From Candidatus Bathyarchaeota archaeon (GTDB taxonomy: Archaea; Thermoproteota; Bathyarchaeia; Bathyarchaeales; Bathycorpusculaceae), in contig CAWGZR010000011.1 in the NCBI GenBank assembly GCA_963827165.1, positions 96,001 to 160,000 on the forward strand: a stretch of 64,000 nt of DNA. The letters run 5' to 3'. Within the stretch, counting starts at the first letter, position 1. Each line of letters opens with the position of its first letter. Below, piece after piece: positions 18,428-27,166 of the stretch. The position numbers and the translations under genes were made by a program. The notes under the pieces are model-generated. The model searched no databases, was not told the DNA's origin, and saw nothing but the letters and a program-made list of their open reading frames with translations.

Positions 18428-20533
18428 ATGCCGAGGTTCAAGCAGACAGCGCAGGTTCAACAGCTTATGAGCAGCAAGGAGCTTATCCGAAACATCGGCA
18501 TAATCGCGCACATTGACCATGGAAAAACCACTCTTTCCGATTCCCTGCTGGCTGGTGCAGGATTGATTTCGACCGCTATGGCTGGAACAGCCAGAGTGCT
18601 GGATTACCTTGATGAAGAGCAAAAACGAAAAATCACAATCAAAACAGCAAACATAACACTGCTCTATCAAACCGCCGAAAACCCCTTCATAATCAACCTT
18701 GTCGATACTCCCGGGCACGTGGATTTCACAGGCAAGGTAACGAGGTCTCTTCGCGTTATTGACGGCGCTGTCGTGGTTGTGGACGCGGTTGAGGAGATTA
18801 TGGCTCAAACCGACATCCTAACTCGTCAAGCGCTTGAGGAACGTGTTTGCCCCGTACTCTTTATCAATAAAGTAGACAGGCTGATTACTGAGCTGCAGCT
18901 AAATGAGGCGCAAATTCAAAAAAAACTTGACCATATAATCAGCAGCTTCAACGATCTGATAGAACTCTACGCCCAAGAACCCTTCAGAAATCGATGGAAG
19001 GTCAGTGCAAATCTGGGTAACGTGGCTTTCGGCGCAGCACTGTACGGCTGGGGCTTCACTTTGAACATGGCAAAGCAGAAGGCCATAAAGTTTTCAGACA
19101 TAATAAAAGCCTGTCAGCAAGGCAAGGGCGAAAAACTGCAGAAGAAACTGCCCGTTTACGAAGCCATTTTTGAAATGGCCATCAACAAAGCTCCTAACCC
19201 TCGGGAAGCCCAAGCCTATAGAGTTGAGGCAATTTGGGATGGGCAGGTTAACTCGCCGATTGGGAAAGCTCTGGTCGAATGCAGCGACGATGGACCCGCG
19301 GTTTTCTGCGTGACTAACATGCACTCCAACGGAGACGAAGGCACAGTTGCAACTGGAAGACTGTTCTCAGGTAAACTTGAGAAAGGCATGCGGCTGCATC
19401 TTGTCGACGCCCTAACTGAAACAGTCGTCAATCAGATTACTGTAGATATGGGTTCACTCAGAGAAGAGGTAAGCTGGATTTCAGCGGGCAACTTGGCATC
19501 TTTAAATCTGACTGGGAAAGTGGCAGCTGGTGAAACCCTCGTGGACATAGCTCACAAAGCCGAAATGGTTCCTTTCGAAGGCATAAGCTATGTTTCCGAC
19601 CCTGTAGTCACTTTGGTGGTTGAACCTAAGAACCCGAAAGACATTCCCATTTTACTTGAGGCGCTGGAGAGGCTTGCAAGCGAAGACCCTAACTTTAAGG
19701 TGGCTGCCGACAACCAAACCGGGGAGTATCTTCTAAGCGGCATGGGCGAGCTACATTTGGAAGTCGCAATTAACCAGCTGAAAAACAACGTGGGCCTAGA
19801 TGTTACAGTGTCTTCACCCAGGGTTGTTTATATGGAGACTGTTGAGAAAGGAGGTGTCGCTGCATTGGCGAAGAGCCCAGATAAGCAAAGCAGTTTCTGG
19901 GTGGCGGTTGCTCCTGATGGGCGGGAGATTGAAGAGCAAGTGGATGTTCTATCAGTTGATGAGCACCGCAACGTCTTGTTGGATTGCAGCGGAAAAACCG
20001 AGCCTCTGCCCGAAGAGGTTTTGGAAGCTTTAATCGGCGGGTTCGAGTTCGCGTGCAAAGCTGGTCCATTGTGCGGGGAACCGGTGCGTCATTTGAAGGT
20101 TAGCTTGGTTGATTTCCAACTGAGCAGCGAATTTAACTGTGACGAGGTTATGCGCGGTGTTGGAAAGGCAATCTTCGGCTCTTTCCTCTCTGCACAACCT
20201 GTCCTTCTTGAACCAATCTATAAAATAATACTTACCGTTTCATCAGAACTTGCCAGTGAATCCTCAAGAATCCTCAGTAGCAGACGCGGAAAAGTCACTT
20301 TGTTTGAACAGAAAGGGTTGCAAACAGTGATCAGCGGTTTTATCCCGGTTTCTGAAACATTTGGCTTCTCAAAAGAACTTCGCTCGGCGACTTCGGGCAG
20401 GGCTTTTTGGCAATCTTTCTTTGATCACTGGGAGAAAATGCCTCAAAAGTTGGATTCACAGGTCGTAGCTGATTTGCGCCACTGCAAAGGTCTCTCGCCC
20501 GAAGTGCCAAAACCAGAAAAGTTCATGGAGTGA
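18428..20533 (+). CDS. Translation elongation factor EF-2 paralogue (aEF-2p) lacking the diphthamide His
   Basis: AHIDHGKTT, DTPGH, NKVD, GMGELHLE and GPLCGEP. The domain IV loop reads LSSEFNCDEV instead of LHEDxxHRG; switch I reads RKITIK. Confidence 0.88.
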   Translation: MPRFKQTAQVQQLMSSKELIRNIGIIAHIDHGKTTLSDSLLAGAGLISTAMAGTARVLDYLDEEQKRKITIKTANITLLYQTAENPFIINLVDTPGHVDFTGKVTRSLRVIDGAVVVVDAVEEIMAQTDILTRQALEERVCPVLFINKVDRLITELQLNEAQIQKKLDHIISSFNDLIELYAQEPFRNRWKVSANLGNVAFGAALYGWGFTLNMAKQKAIKFSDIIKACQQGKGEKLQKKLPVYEAIFEMAINKAPNPREAQAYRVEAIWDGQVNSPIGKALVECSDDGPAVFCVTNMHSNGDEGTVATGRLFSGKLEKGMRLHLVDALTETVVNQITVDMGSLREEVSWISAGNLASLNLTGKVAAGETLVDIAHKAEMVPFEGISYVSDPVVTLVVEPKNPKDIPILLEALERLASEDPNFKVAADNQTGEYLLSGMGELHLEVAINQLKNNVGLDVTVSSPRVVYMETVEKGGVAALAKSPDKQSSFWVAVAPDGREIEEQVDVLSVDEHRNVLLDCSGKTEPLPEEVLEALIGGFEFACKAGPLCGEPVRHLKVSLVDFQLSSEFNCDEVMRGVGKAIFGSFLSAQPVLLEPIYKIILTVSSELASESSRILSSRRGKVTLFEQKGLQTVISGFIPVSETFGFSKELRSATSGRAFWQSFFDHWEKMPQKLDSQVVADLRHCKGLSPEVPKPEKFME

Positions 20534-21405
20534 CCGAAATGCGGATGACCCTGGCTGTCCCGTTTGATTTGGATTTTTCTCTTTGTTGTGGCCAGGTTTT
20601 TCGTTGGAGGAAAATCGAGGGTTGGTGGTATGGCGTCGTCGGAGCAAAAGTGTTAAAGATTCGCCAATGCGGCGCCGAATTAGAGTTCGAGGGAGTCGAC
20701 GCTGACTTTGTTAGCCGTTACTTTGGTTTAACCGACGATTTAGGGCAAATCAGCCGATGGATCGACAGGGACCGATACATCCACAAGGCACTGTGCCGTT
20801 TTGAAGGGCTACGTATTGTTCGGGAGGACCCCTGGGAATGCCTCATCAGTTTCATCTGTGCAACCTACAAAAGCATAGCAGCGATTGAGCAGATGGTCCA
20901 CAAGATTTCCGCGAAATTTGGCGAGAAGAAAGCGTTCGAGGGGAAGGATTTTTACGTTTTCCCATCTGTCGATAAGTTGGCTTTGGCAAGTGAAAACGGG
21001 CTGAAAGAATGCGGCTTAGGCTACAGAGCGAAGTACGTGCAAGCGACGGCGCGGAGAATTCATGAAGAAAAAATAGACCTTGAAACCCTAAAATCCATGC
21101 CTTACCTTGACGCTAGAAAGGTCCTTGTTGAGTTTCCCGGCGTTGGGTTAAAGGTCGCTGATTGCGTGCTGCTGTTTTCGCTTGAGAAAACAGAGGCGTT
21201 CCCAGTGGATGTTTGGGTCAAACGCATACTGCTTAGGCACTACGCGAATGAACTTCCAGAAGAACTTCTAAAGAAGGTTTCGGCGCACACTTCATTAAGC
21301 AACAGGGACTACGAAAAACTAAACGCGTTTGGAAGAAACTACTTCGGCAGATACGCAGGTTACGCCCAAGAATACCTCTTCCATTACGAGCGAACACAGC
21401 GCTAG
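20530..21405 (+). CDS. ogg: 8-oxoguanine DNA glycosylase/AP lyase (OGG1 type)
   Basis: L.CGQVFRW, GLRIVREDPWECLISFIC, GLGYRAKY, HhH PGVGLKVADC...FPVDVWV and YAGYAQEYLF. Confidence 0.88.
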   Translation: MTEMRMTLAVPFDLDFSLCCGQVFRWRKIEGWWYGVVGAKVLKIRQCGAELEFEGVDADFVSRYFGLTDDLGQISRWIDRDRYIHKALCRFEGLRIVREDPWECLISFICATYKSIAAIEQMVHKISAKFGEKKAFEGKDFYVFPSVDKLALASENGLKECGLGYRAKYVQATARRIHEEKIDLETLKSMPYLDARKVLVEFPGVGLKVADCVLLFSLEKTEAFPVDVWVKRILLRHYANELPEELLKKVSAHTSLSNRDYEKLNAFGRNYFGRYAGYAQEYLFHYERTQR

Positions 21406-21474
21406 GATGCGTTGGCCATAAGAAAGATTCAAATAATAAACGGTGTTAATCAAGCAATTCCTAACTGAAATAAG

Positions 21475-21744
21475 GTGTTTGGAATGGCGGCTGAAGAAGG
21501 CAAGATTAAGCAGTTGATTAGGCAAAAAAGGGTTTTTCTCAGGGAAACTTTGAAGGATTATTCTGCGGGCGGCACCGATATGCTTGATGATGTCGAAAGA
21601 TACCTTGAAGAGGCAAAAGAGGAACTTACCCATCGTTTGCAAGTCGTTAGCTGCTTGGGGGAAGACGAGGGAGAAGCTGCTTGGCGCAAGGAATGCCTCC
21701 AACTGTATACACAATGGTTTGAAAAATGGTTTGGCAAACCCTAG
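21475..21744 (+). CDS. Hypothetical protein
   Basis: 89-aa helical ORF with coding-like composition. Confidence 0.55.
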   Translation: MFGMAAEEGKIKQLIRQKRVFLRETLKDYSAGGTDMLDDVERYLEEAKEELTHRLQVVSCLGEDEGEAAWRKECLQLYTQWFEKWFGKP

Positions 21745-21834
21745 CTTCTTTCGGCGCTATCCAATCAGCTGCTTAGGCGGAAGCGGAAAATGTTTAAATG
21801 GGGTATGAAACAGCAATATTAAACGAAAGCTCGC

Positions 21835-21908
21835 GGGCCCGTAGCTCAGTTAGGTAGAGCGCCAGACTCATAATCTGTTGGTCAGGAGTTCAAATCTCCT
21901 CGGGCCCA
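21835..21908 (+). tRNA. tRNA with CAT anticodon, most likely tRNA-Ile2 (agmatidine type), intronless
   Basis: Cloverleaf with GGGCCCG/CGGGCCC-A acceptor, GCTC/GAGC D stem, CAGA-CTCATAA-TCTG anticodon arm and AGGAG-TTCAAAT-CTCCT T arm. The GGGCCC acceptor is typical of archaeal Ile tRNAs. CCA is not encoded. Confidence 0.9.
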
Positions 21909-21912
21909 CATC

Positions 21913-21942
21913 AAAGCAACTCAAAACACACAAATTATTTGC
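21913..21942 (+). repeat. Partial tail of the dispersed repeat
   Basis: AAAGCAACTCAAAACACACAAATTATTTGC vs copy A AAAGCAACCCAAAACACAAAGAAAATTTT. Confidence 0.4.
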
Positions 21943-22027
21943 AATAATAGACGCTCTAAAATGGTAAATGCCGCTGTTTCTTAGTCCGCAATCTCGCCTA
22001 AAAGACCAAAAAGCTTAATGATGGATT

Positions 22028-23338
22028 TTACGGAGTTATTGTTAGTTGGGGGTCGGCGAACCATGCTGTTCCATGTTCATTTGAGCCTTGCGAGTCACTC
22101 CAAACTTGACACCAAGGAATACAGAATGATGGAGTAAAAAGTGTACCTACCGGCTGTCCATTTGTTACTTGATTAGCTGTATAAGTTGATGACAGAACGA
22201 AAGTCATCGTTACTTGTGTCCACACATTAGTTCCAAACTTAACATAAGTATTAAATGAATCTGAAATTTGAGAGGAGATACCGTTTGGTGTTACACTGCC
22301 GTAAGATGCCCCATTAACACCATAAATATCTATACCTAAACGACCTCCCGCTTGAGGATTTCCGGAGTCAGCCGAAAGAGTTGCCGCTGAAGTCTGAATC
22401 CAACAACTGAAAACAACCGTATCCCCTGGTGAAATGTTTATCCCACCGTGGTCCACTCCCGAGTTCATCGATGAAAGTGCAACTTCCCAAGATGGTGAAT
22501 CTGCATAAGTGTCGGTCGTGTCAAGCACAACGTTGAGGGCAGGACACTTGAGCCACTGAGAATCAGTGTACCAGTCACCATCGTCAATTGAAATTAAACT
22601 GTTTCCGGCGGGGGCGGATGTTGGCGCAGGTGTTGCTGTTTGAGTCGGCGTTGGCATAAGTGCTGGTGGATTAATCGAAGAATAAGCTGATGTTGAATCA
22701 CGCGTTTGTATGTCGCTTGTACCAGTTGAGGTTGTTGCTGTGTATGCTTGAACATTACATTCTGAATAGTATGTTGCTTGTGAAGTGAACACTGTTACTC
22801 CAACAGTTAGACCTATGTCATTAACCGTGATGCTATCTGGGTTGTTGATGTAAACAATTAAAGTGTTGCCTGATTTGGGAGTGATTTCGCCGTTGGCTTG
22901 AGTTAATGCGGACCCTTGAGTTAGCGTGTCGCCTGAACTGATAAAGGTATAAGCGTCATTTTCTGTCAGCTCAGATGAATATCCAAGATCAGTGGTAACT
23001 GAGCCCACTACGGTAAATACGTCCGTCCAACCAACAGATTGACCTCTGATAGTAATTTTGTTTATAACTAAGTCTCGACCGCCAGTGTTAATCATCATGA
23101 ACGCCGCTTGAGCTGCTCCGGCACCACTACCGCCAGTTGGATCGTACCACACGTGTAGCATCGTTATGGAGAGGCTTTCTTGTTGAATTTGAGTGCTAGT
23201 AACGTTGATGGCATAGTAAGTTACGGTTCCTGCGAGAAGCACTGAAACAACCAGAATAATCAGCGAAGTAACGACGGTGGCTAGAGCGCGCCTGCTACGT
23301 GGAAATTGCATCAATCTATCGACTGATCGATTTTTCAA
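22028..23338 (-). CDS. Type IV pilin/archaellin-like protein with T/P-rich linker and C-terminal putative carbohydrate-binding domain
   Basis: Class III signal RRA|LATVVTSLIILVVSVLLAG; pilin motif MINTGGRDLVINKITIRG; PTPTQTATPAPTSAP linker; Trp-rich beta domain ending GTAWFAD. Confidence 0.75.
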   Translation of the reverse strand: MKNRSVDRLMQFPRSRRALATVVTSLIILVVSVLLAGTVTYYAINVTSTQIQQESLSITMLHVWYDPTGGSGAGAAQAAFMMINTGGRDLVINKITIRGQSVGWTDVFTVVGSVTTDLGYSSELTENDAYTFISSGDTLTQGSALTQANGEITPKSGNTLIVYINNPDSITVNDIGLTVGVTVFTSQATYYSECNVQAYTATTSTGTSDIQTRDSTSAYSSINPPALMPTPTQTATPAPTSAPAGNSLISIDDGDWYTDSQWLKCPALNVVLDTTDTYADSPSWEVALSSMNSGVDHGGINISPGDTVVFSCWIQTSAATLSADSGNPQAGGRLGIDIYGVNGASYGSVTPNGISSQISDSFNTYVKFGTNVWTQVTMTFVLSSTYTANQVTNGQPVGTLFTPSFCIPWCQVWSDSQGSNEHGTAWFADPQLTITP

Positions 23339-23606
23339 GCCCTGTCAACGATTAACCCTTGGCTCAAAATAATTAGTACCTGTGTGCATAATCTTTAAGA
23401 CATAATGGATTCCAACAAGACAACTTGTGCAATCAAATTCTAAGATGTTATTCATGGGATGCGAACGTTGCGCGATATTGAGTTTTTTGTGAATACCATG
23501 GGAGTAGGCATGCCCCTTGTACAATCAAAGAAATAAATTTATGTGATCTAGCGTCAAATTCATTAAAGAGCCATGAGTAAAACATTATGGGCTCTATGCT
23601 CCAGAC

Positions 23607-23650
23607 AATCTGCTGGTCAGGAGTTAAAATCTCCTCGGGCCCACATCAAA
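23607..23650 (+). repeat. att-like copy of the tRNA 3' half
   Basis: AATCTGCTGGTCAGGAGTTAAAATCTCCTCGGGCCCACATCAAA. Confidence 0.9.
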
Positions 23651-23673
23651 AATTTAATTAGCGTCGGGTACGG

Positions 23674-24192
23674 GTGAAGCCTGCTCTGAAAACAAATCCA
23701 GCCTATGAGGCAGCGTCGTTTGTTAAGGGTCACCAGTTGATAATCGGCTTGCTGCTGGTTTTCTTCGGAGTCAGCGATGTTTGGTTTGTTATGCCTAATC
23801 TCTACGGCACTTTCCACGGGTTTTATTTGAACTGGCAAGTCTTCTATTTCTACATGCCTGAATGGCGCTTTACGATCCCGACCCTTCTAGTTATGGCGCT
23901 GATTGGAACTTTAATGCTGACGGTTTACTGCATAAGAGATATTGAGGCTGAGAGAGTTGACAATAAGGAGCACGCTGCCGTGTTGGTGACAGCGCTCGGA
24001 TTCGCGTATCTGATACTAGGGGCTTGGCCGCTGTGGACACAATCGTACCCTTGGGCATGGCAGCAGGAAATTGCAAACTACGGAAACCTGCTAGTTTTGC
24101 CGCTTTTCGCAGGCAGCCTCATAGCGCTAATTGCAGGTTCGGTTTCGCTATACATTCACAGCAGAATTTACCATCAAAAACACCCTGAATGA
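23674..24192 (+). CDS. Hypothetical membrane protein (about 4 TM)
   Basis: Hydrophobic segments throughout. Confidence 0.7.
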   Translation: MKPALKTNPAYEAASFVKGHQLIIGLLLVFFGVSDVWFVMPNLYGTFHGFYLNWQVFYFYMPEWRFTIPTLLVMALIGTLMLTVYCIRDIEAERVDNKEHAAVLVTALGFAYLILGAWPLWTQSYPWAWQQEIANYGNLLVLPLFAGSLIALIAGSVSLYIHSRIYHQKHPE

Positions 24193-24214
24193 CCTCTTTT
24201 TTTTCAAACATGAA

Positions 24215-24340
24215 GCAAATTTTTTTGTTTGTATTTTAGGTTGCTTTCTTGTAAAGAAGCTTGAATCATTGGCAGGTTGAGTCTGAAAAAGACACTAAAA
24301 TATACTATTATACAATTTTAGACATTATTAGACAATTTTA
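24215..24340 (-). repeat. Dispersed repeat copy D with six degenerate 10-bp units
   Basis: Reverse complement is ...AGACTCAACCTGCCAATGATTCAAGCTTCTTTACAAGAAAGCAACCTAAAATACAAACAAAAAAATTTGC. On the + strand GTCT/GACA/TATA/TACA/GACA/GACA fall at 24281, 24291, ... 24331. Confidence 0.8.
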
Positions 24341-24432
24341 AAATTAAACCGGATGATCCGTACGCCGAACTCGAAAAGTAACCCTTTATAGGAATGCTCC
24401 AGTGGAAAAAACGCCGCGAGAAGAAAGTATTT

Positions 24433-24503
24433 TTCGCTTTTTTCGATTTGGGTTGCGTTTCTGGTGGGGCTTGAATTGGTGGCAAATCACGACCCAATTT
24501 GTC
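24433..24503 (-). repeat. Dispersed repeat copy F
   Basis: Reverse complement TGCCACCAATTCAAGCCCCACCAGAAACGCAACCCAAA vs copy A TGCAACCATTCCAAGCCCCATTCCAAAAAAGCAACCCAAA. Confidence 0.72.
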
Positions 24504-24563
24504 TCTCTTCTGAGCCAAAATCACTCTTTACGTTCATTTTTGACTTTTGCCCTTGCTTCCTAT

Positions 24564-25049
24564 TTATTTTTGACCTGCTGTTTGCCCAACCGCTGTCACT
24601 TCTCTTCGAGGGGGCTTGGGGTTCAGTTTTTTCTGAAGCAGCACCCCTTCTATGAGGAAAAGAACCATAGCTACTCCAGTCATGCCTGTTAAGAAAAAGA
24701 AGCTGACTTGAATCACTAAACCGTTTATTAGGGTGCTCAGCAATATTATTGCTATCTCGGCTGCGAAAGCGCCAAGAAAAAAGAAGGAGTAGAACATCAA
24801 GCGCGGTACGAGGTTTCGGCCAACCCAGACGTGCCCGTTGATGTTTGTTTTCTCCTTTAAGATGTAGTCGCCATAACTGTTTCTTTCGATTAAACCCATG
24901 TCCTCAAGTTTCTGCAGATGCCTGAATGCGACGCTTGTGCTGCTTAGGTTTGCGCCTCTGGTTACGTCCCGTGTTCCCACTGGCTTTGCTGTGTGGACGA
25001 TGTATGCGTAGACGTTTAATGTGTTGCCTTCAAGTTCGTCGTTAGCCAC
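24564..25049 (-). CDS. Membrane-anchored winged-helix transcription regulator
   Basis: N-terminal wHTH (VGTRDVTRGANLSSTSVAFRHLQKLEDMGLI) plus two C-terminal TM helices. Confidence 0.8.
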   Translation of the reverse strand: MANDELEGNTLNVYAYIVHTAKPVGTRDVTRGANLSSTSVAFRHLQKLEDMGLIERNSYGDYILKEKTNINGHVWVGRNLVPRLMFYSFFFLGAFAAEIAIILLSTLINGLVIQVSFFFLTGMTGVAMVLFLIEGVLLQKKLNPKPPRREVTAVGQTAGQK

Positions 25050-25063
25050 TTTATGCCAACAAC

Positions 25064-25960
25064 CTATGGGTATGTTGTTTGCATAGCTCCAGTGGGGTTT
25101 GATGGATTCTCGATTGGCACTGGGAACGTTGGGTTACATGTTCCGTAAATAAATGCATTGCCATCTTTTGTAAGCACTATATGTTGCAGGACTTGGTTGC
25201 TTGGTCCCATGTTGACCGTGACGTTGCCGTTGTAGCTGACTGAGCCTATTCTGGTTACGTCGATGCTTAATGTTTTAGCGTTTCTAAGTTCAGATACTAC
25301 TTGGTTTTGGTTTCCGTTGTAGCTTGCTATGTATGAGCTGATGAATCCTTGAGTAGAGGTTTGGTTGGTTGGTCCTCCTGGCAGACTGGTGGTGTTATAT
25401 ACGAATTCAGTAAAGCCTCCTGATCCACCGGGGTAGCCGTTGTAGTTTGGAATACCGTTGTATGTGACACCGTTTGCAAAGGTATAGCTGGTGCCTGGAC
25501 CATAACCTGTTATAGCCATATAGCCTCCGCCTTGAATGCCTGGAATGTTGTTTATGCTTCCATAAGAGCCTATTTCCTCGATGGTTGAGCAGACAGAGTA
25601 GGTTACGTTGGCGATTGGTCCTTGGTCAGAGGAGATCTGGAACTGGTAGTATTCTATTTTTGCGTCTGCACCTTTGAGAGCCATGCCTGCAGAGGTCAAT
25701 GTGACGTTTGCAAGCCCATTGAGTTCAACGCCGTCCCATGACGCAGTGCCGTTTGAGCCACTTTGGTCAAGGTTAACATAGGCGTATGTAACATTGACGT
25801 TGAACCAGGGCGTTGATACAACTTGAGCGTTAGCCATTTCAGTATTTGCTTTTGTTTGGGCCGCCATCAGGTATTCTATTGGTATTACTGTTGCGATTCC
25901 GATCGCTATGGCGAGTATTCCGCAAAGTATCAGTTTCTTTTCGATCATTTGGTTTTTCAC
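25064..25960 (-). CDS. Hypothetical exported protein with N-terminal membrane anchor
   Basis: KKLILCGILAIAIGIATVIP anchor followed by an N/G/S/T/Y-rich extracellular-type region. Confidence 0.75.
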   Translation of the reverse strand: MKNQMIEKKLILCGILAIAIGIATVIPIEYLMAAQTKANTEMANAQVVSTPWFNVNVTYAYVNLDQSGSNGTASWDGVELNGLANVTLTSAGMALKGADAKIEYYQFQISSDQGPIANVTYSVCSTIEEIGSYGSINNIPGIQGGGYMAITGYGPGTSYTFANGVTYNGIPNYNGYPGGSGGFTEFVYNTTSLPGGPTNQTSTQGFISSYIASYNGNQNQVVSELRNAKTLSIDVTRIGSVSYNGNVTVNMGPSNQVLQHIVLTKDGNAFIYGTCNPTFPVPIENPSNPTGAMQTTYP

Positions 25961-26001
25961 TGTTCAGCTAAGAAGCTAAGCGCCTAATAATTCTCATCTA
26001 A

Positions 26002-26038
26002 GAACAGAACTGTTCCCTCACTGTTCTCAAAGAGAACA
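26002..26038. promoter_or_regulatory. Tandem palindromic operator candidates (GAACAG-N2-CTGTTC; TGTTCTC-N3-GAGAACA)
   Basis: Two perfect inverted repeats sharing the TGTTC half-site, about 40-80 bp upstream of the 25960 start. Confidence 0.55.
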
Positions 26039-26075
26039 CCGCTGAATCGGCGAAAAATAAGGGGTTTGTTTAAGC

Positions 26076-26549
26076 TTACAGTTTCTTAACTAGTAAAGCG
26101 ATATTTCTTCCAAGCGTTTCGCAGTCTTCAAGGTCTTTTTTCTTAGGTGACCCCGTTACAGCCACTCCATAGTGCCTCTCGTCTGCTCTTCCCTGCACAA
26201 TCATCCCGTGAACAAGCATTGCCTGCACGATGGACAGCAACGTGGTTTCGCCTCCTGAAGCGGTTCCTCCGCTGCTTGTGAAAGCTCCGCCGACTTTCCC
26301 AGTTAGCTGCTGATGAATCTGCACTGAATCATCGATTAACTTCTTGAGTTTGGCTGACATTAGCCCATAATAAGTTGGCGACCCCATAATTATGCCGTCT
26401 GCGGCAAGAAGGTCGCTGTTTTTTGTTTGCTCAACCCTTTTGACAGTGACTTCGATGCCGCCTGCTTTTTCGGCGCCTTTCGCTACGGCTAAGGCCATCG
26501 CTTCAGTGTTTCCCGATTTTGAATCGAAAACAATAAGGATTTTCGGCAT
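26076..26549 (-). CDS. WrbA-like flavodoxin/NAD(P)H-dependent oxidoreductase
   Basis: FDSKSGNTEAMA, GSPTYYG and KVGGAFTSSGGTASGGE. Confidence 0.88.
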   Translation of the reverse strand: MPKILIVFDSKSGNTEAMALAVAKGAEKAGGIEVTVKRVEQTKNSDLLAADGIIMGSPTYYGLMSAKLKKLIDDSVQIHQQLTGKVGGAFTSSGGTASGGETTLLSIVQAMLVHGMIVQGRADERHYGVAVTGSPKKKDLEDCETLGRNIALLVKKL

Positions 26550-26553
26550 ACTC

Positions 26554-27117
26554 TCACCTTACAAGCTCCCATATTACTTCATCAACATTAAGCACTTTTG
26601 CACCGTAAACGTACTCAAGATACTTTAAAGTCTGCTCTTGCTCTTCCTTGGTAAACGCTTCCACTCCGTCTTTGGCGACAATTATTCGGTATCCTCTGAA
26701 AAATGCGTCTGCAGCGGTGTGGCGCACACAGAGTTGGGTATGCAGCCCGCCCAGGACGACGGTTTTCACTCCTTCACCCTTGTAGAGGTTCCGCAGAAGC
26801 GAGTCTAATCCTGTCTCGAAAAAACCGCTATACGTCCGCTTCTCCACAACATAATCTTTAGTTTCGTCGGGTTTCATCTCGGGGATGACTTGGGCACCTT
26901 CGGTGCCTTTTATAGCGTGGTTTCCCCATTTCCTCGTGACTTCCACGTCTTGAGGGTAGTGCGAATCGACACAGTAGATGACTGGAATATTGTTTAGGTG
27001 AGCAGTAGTTATGAGCCTTTGCAACGCTGGAACGACGGCTTTGGCACGTTCGACTTTCATGGGTCCGGAAACGAAATCGTTCTGTAAATCTATAAGCAAG
27101 AGGGCTGGTCTATCCAA
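26554..27117 (-). CDS. Isochorismatase-family cysteine hydrolase (nicotinamidase-like)
   Basis: IDLQNDF, EKRTYSGF and GLHTQLCVRHT (D-K-C triad). Confidence 0.88.
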   Translation of the reverse strand: MDRPALLLIDLQNDFVSGPMKVERAKAVVPALQRLITTAHLNNIPVIYCVDSHYPQDVEVTRKWGNHAIKGTEGAQVIPEMKPDETKDYVVEKRTYSGFFETGLDSLLRNLYKGEGVKTVVLGGLHTQLCVRHTAADAFFRGYRIIVAKDGVEAFTKEEQEQTLKYLEYVYGAKVLNVDEVIWELVR

Positions 27118-27166
27118 AATTTCACGCTCAGAAAATAGAAAGAGGCAGACTCTTTTTAGCTTTGCC

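Larger units (their letters stand above)
21872..23650. mobile_element. Minimal tRNA-anchored island or integrated-element remnant (no integrase)
   Basis: 44-bp direct repeat, 21872-21915 vs 23607-23650 (2 mismatches), flanking one AT-richer gene. Confidence 0.6.

Noticed and set aside
21835-21908. tRNA-Met call from the CAT anticodon
   Set aside because: It lacks initiator features (A1-U72, three G-C pairs in the anticodon stem), and the GGGCCC acceptor fits Ile2 better. Elongator Met is not fully excluded.
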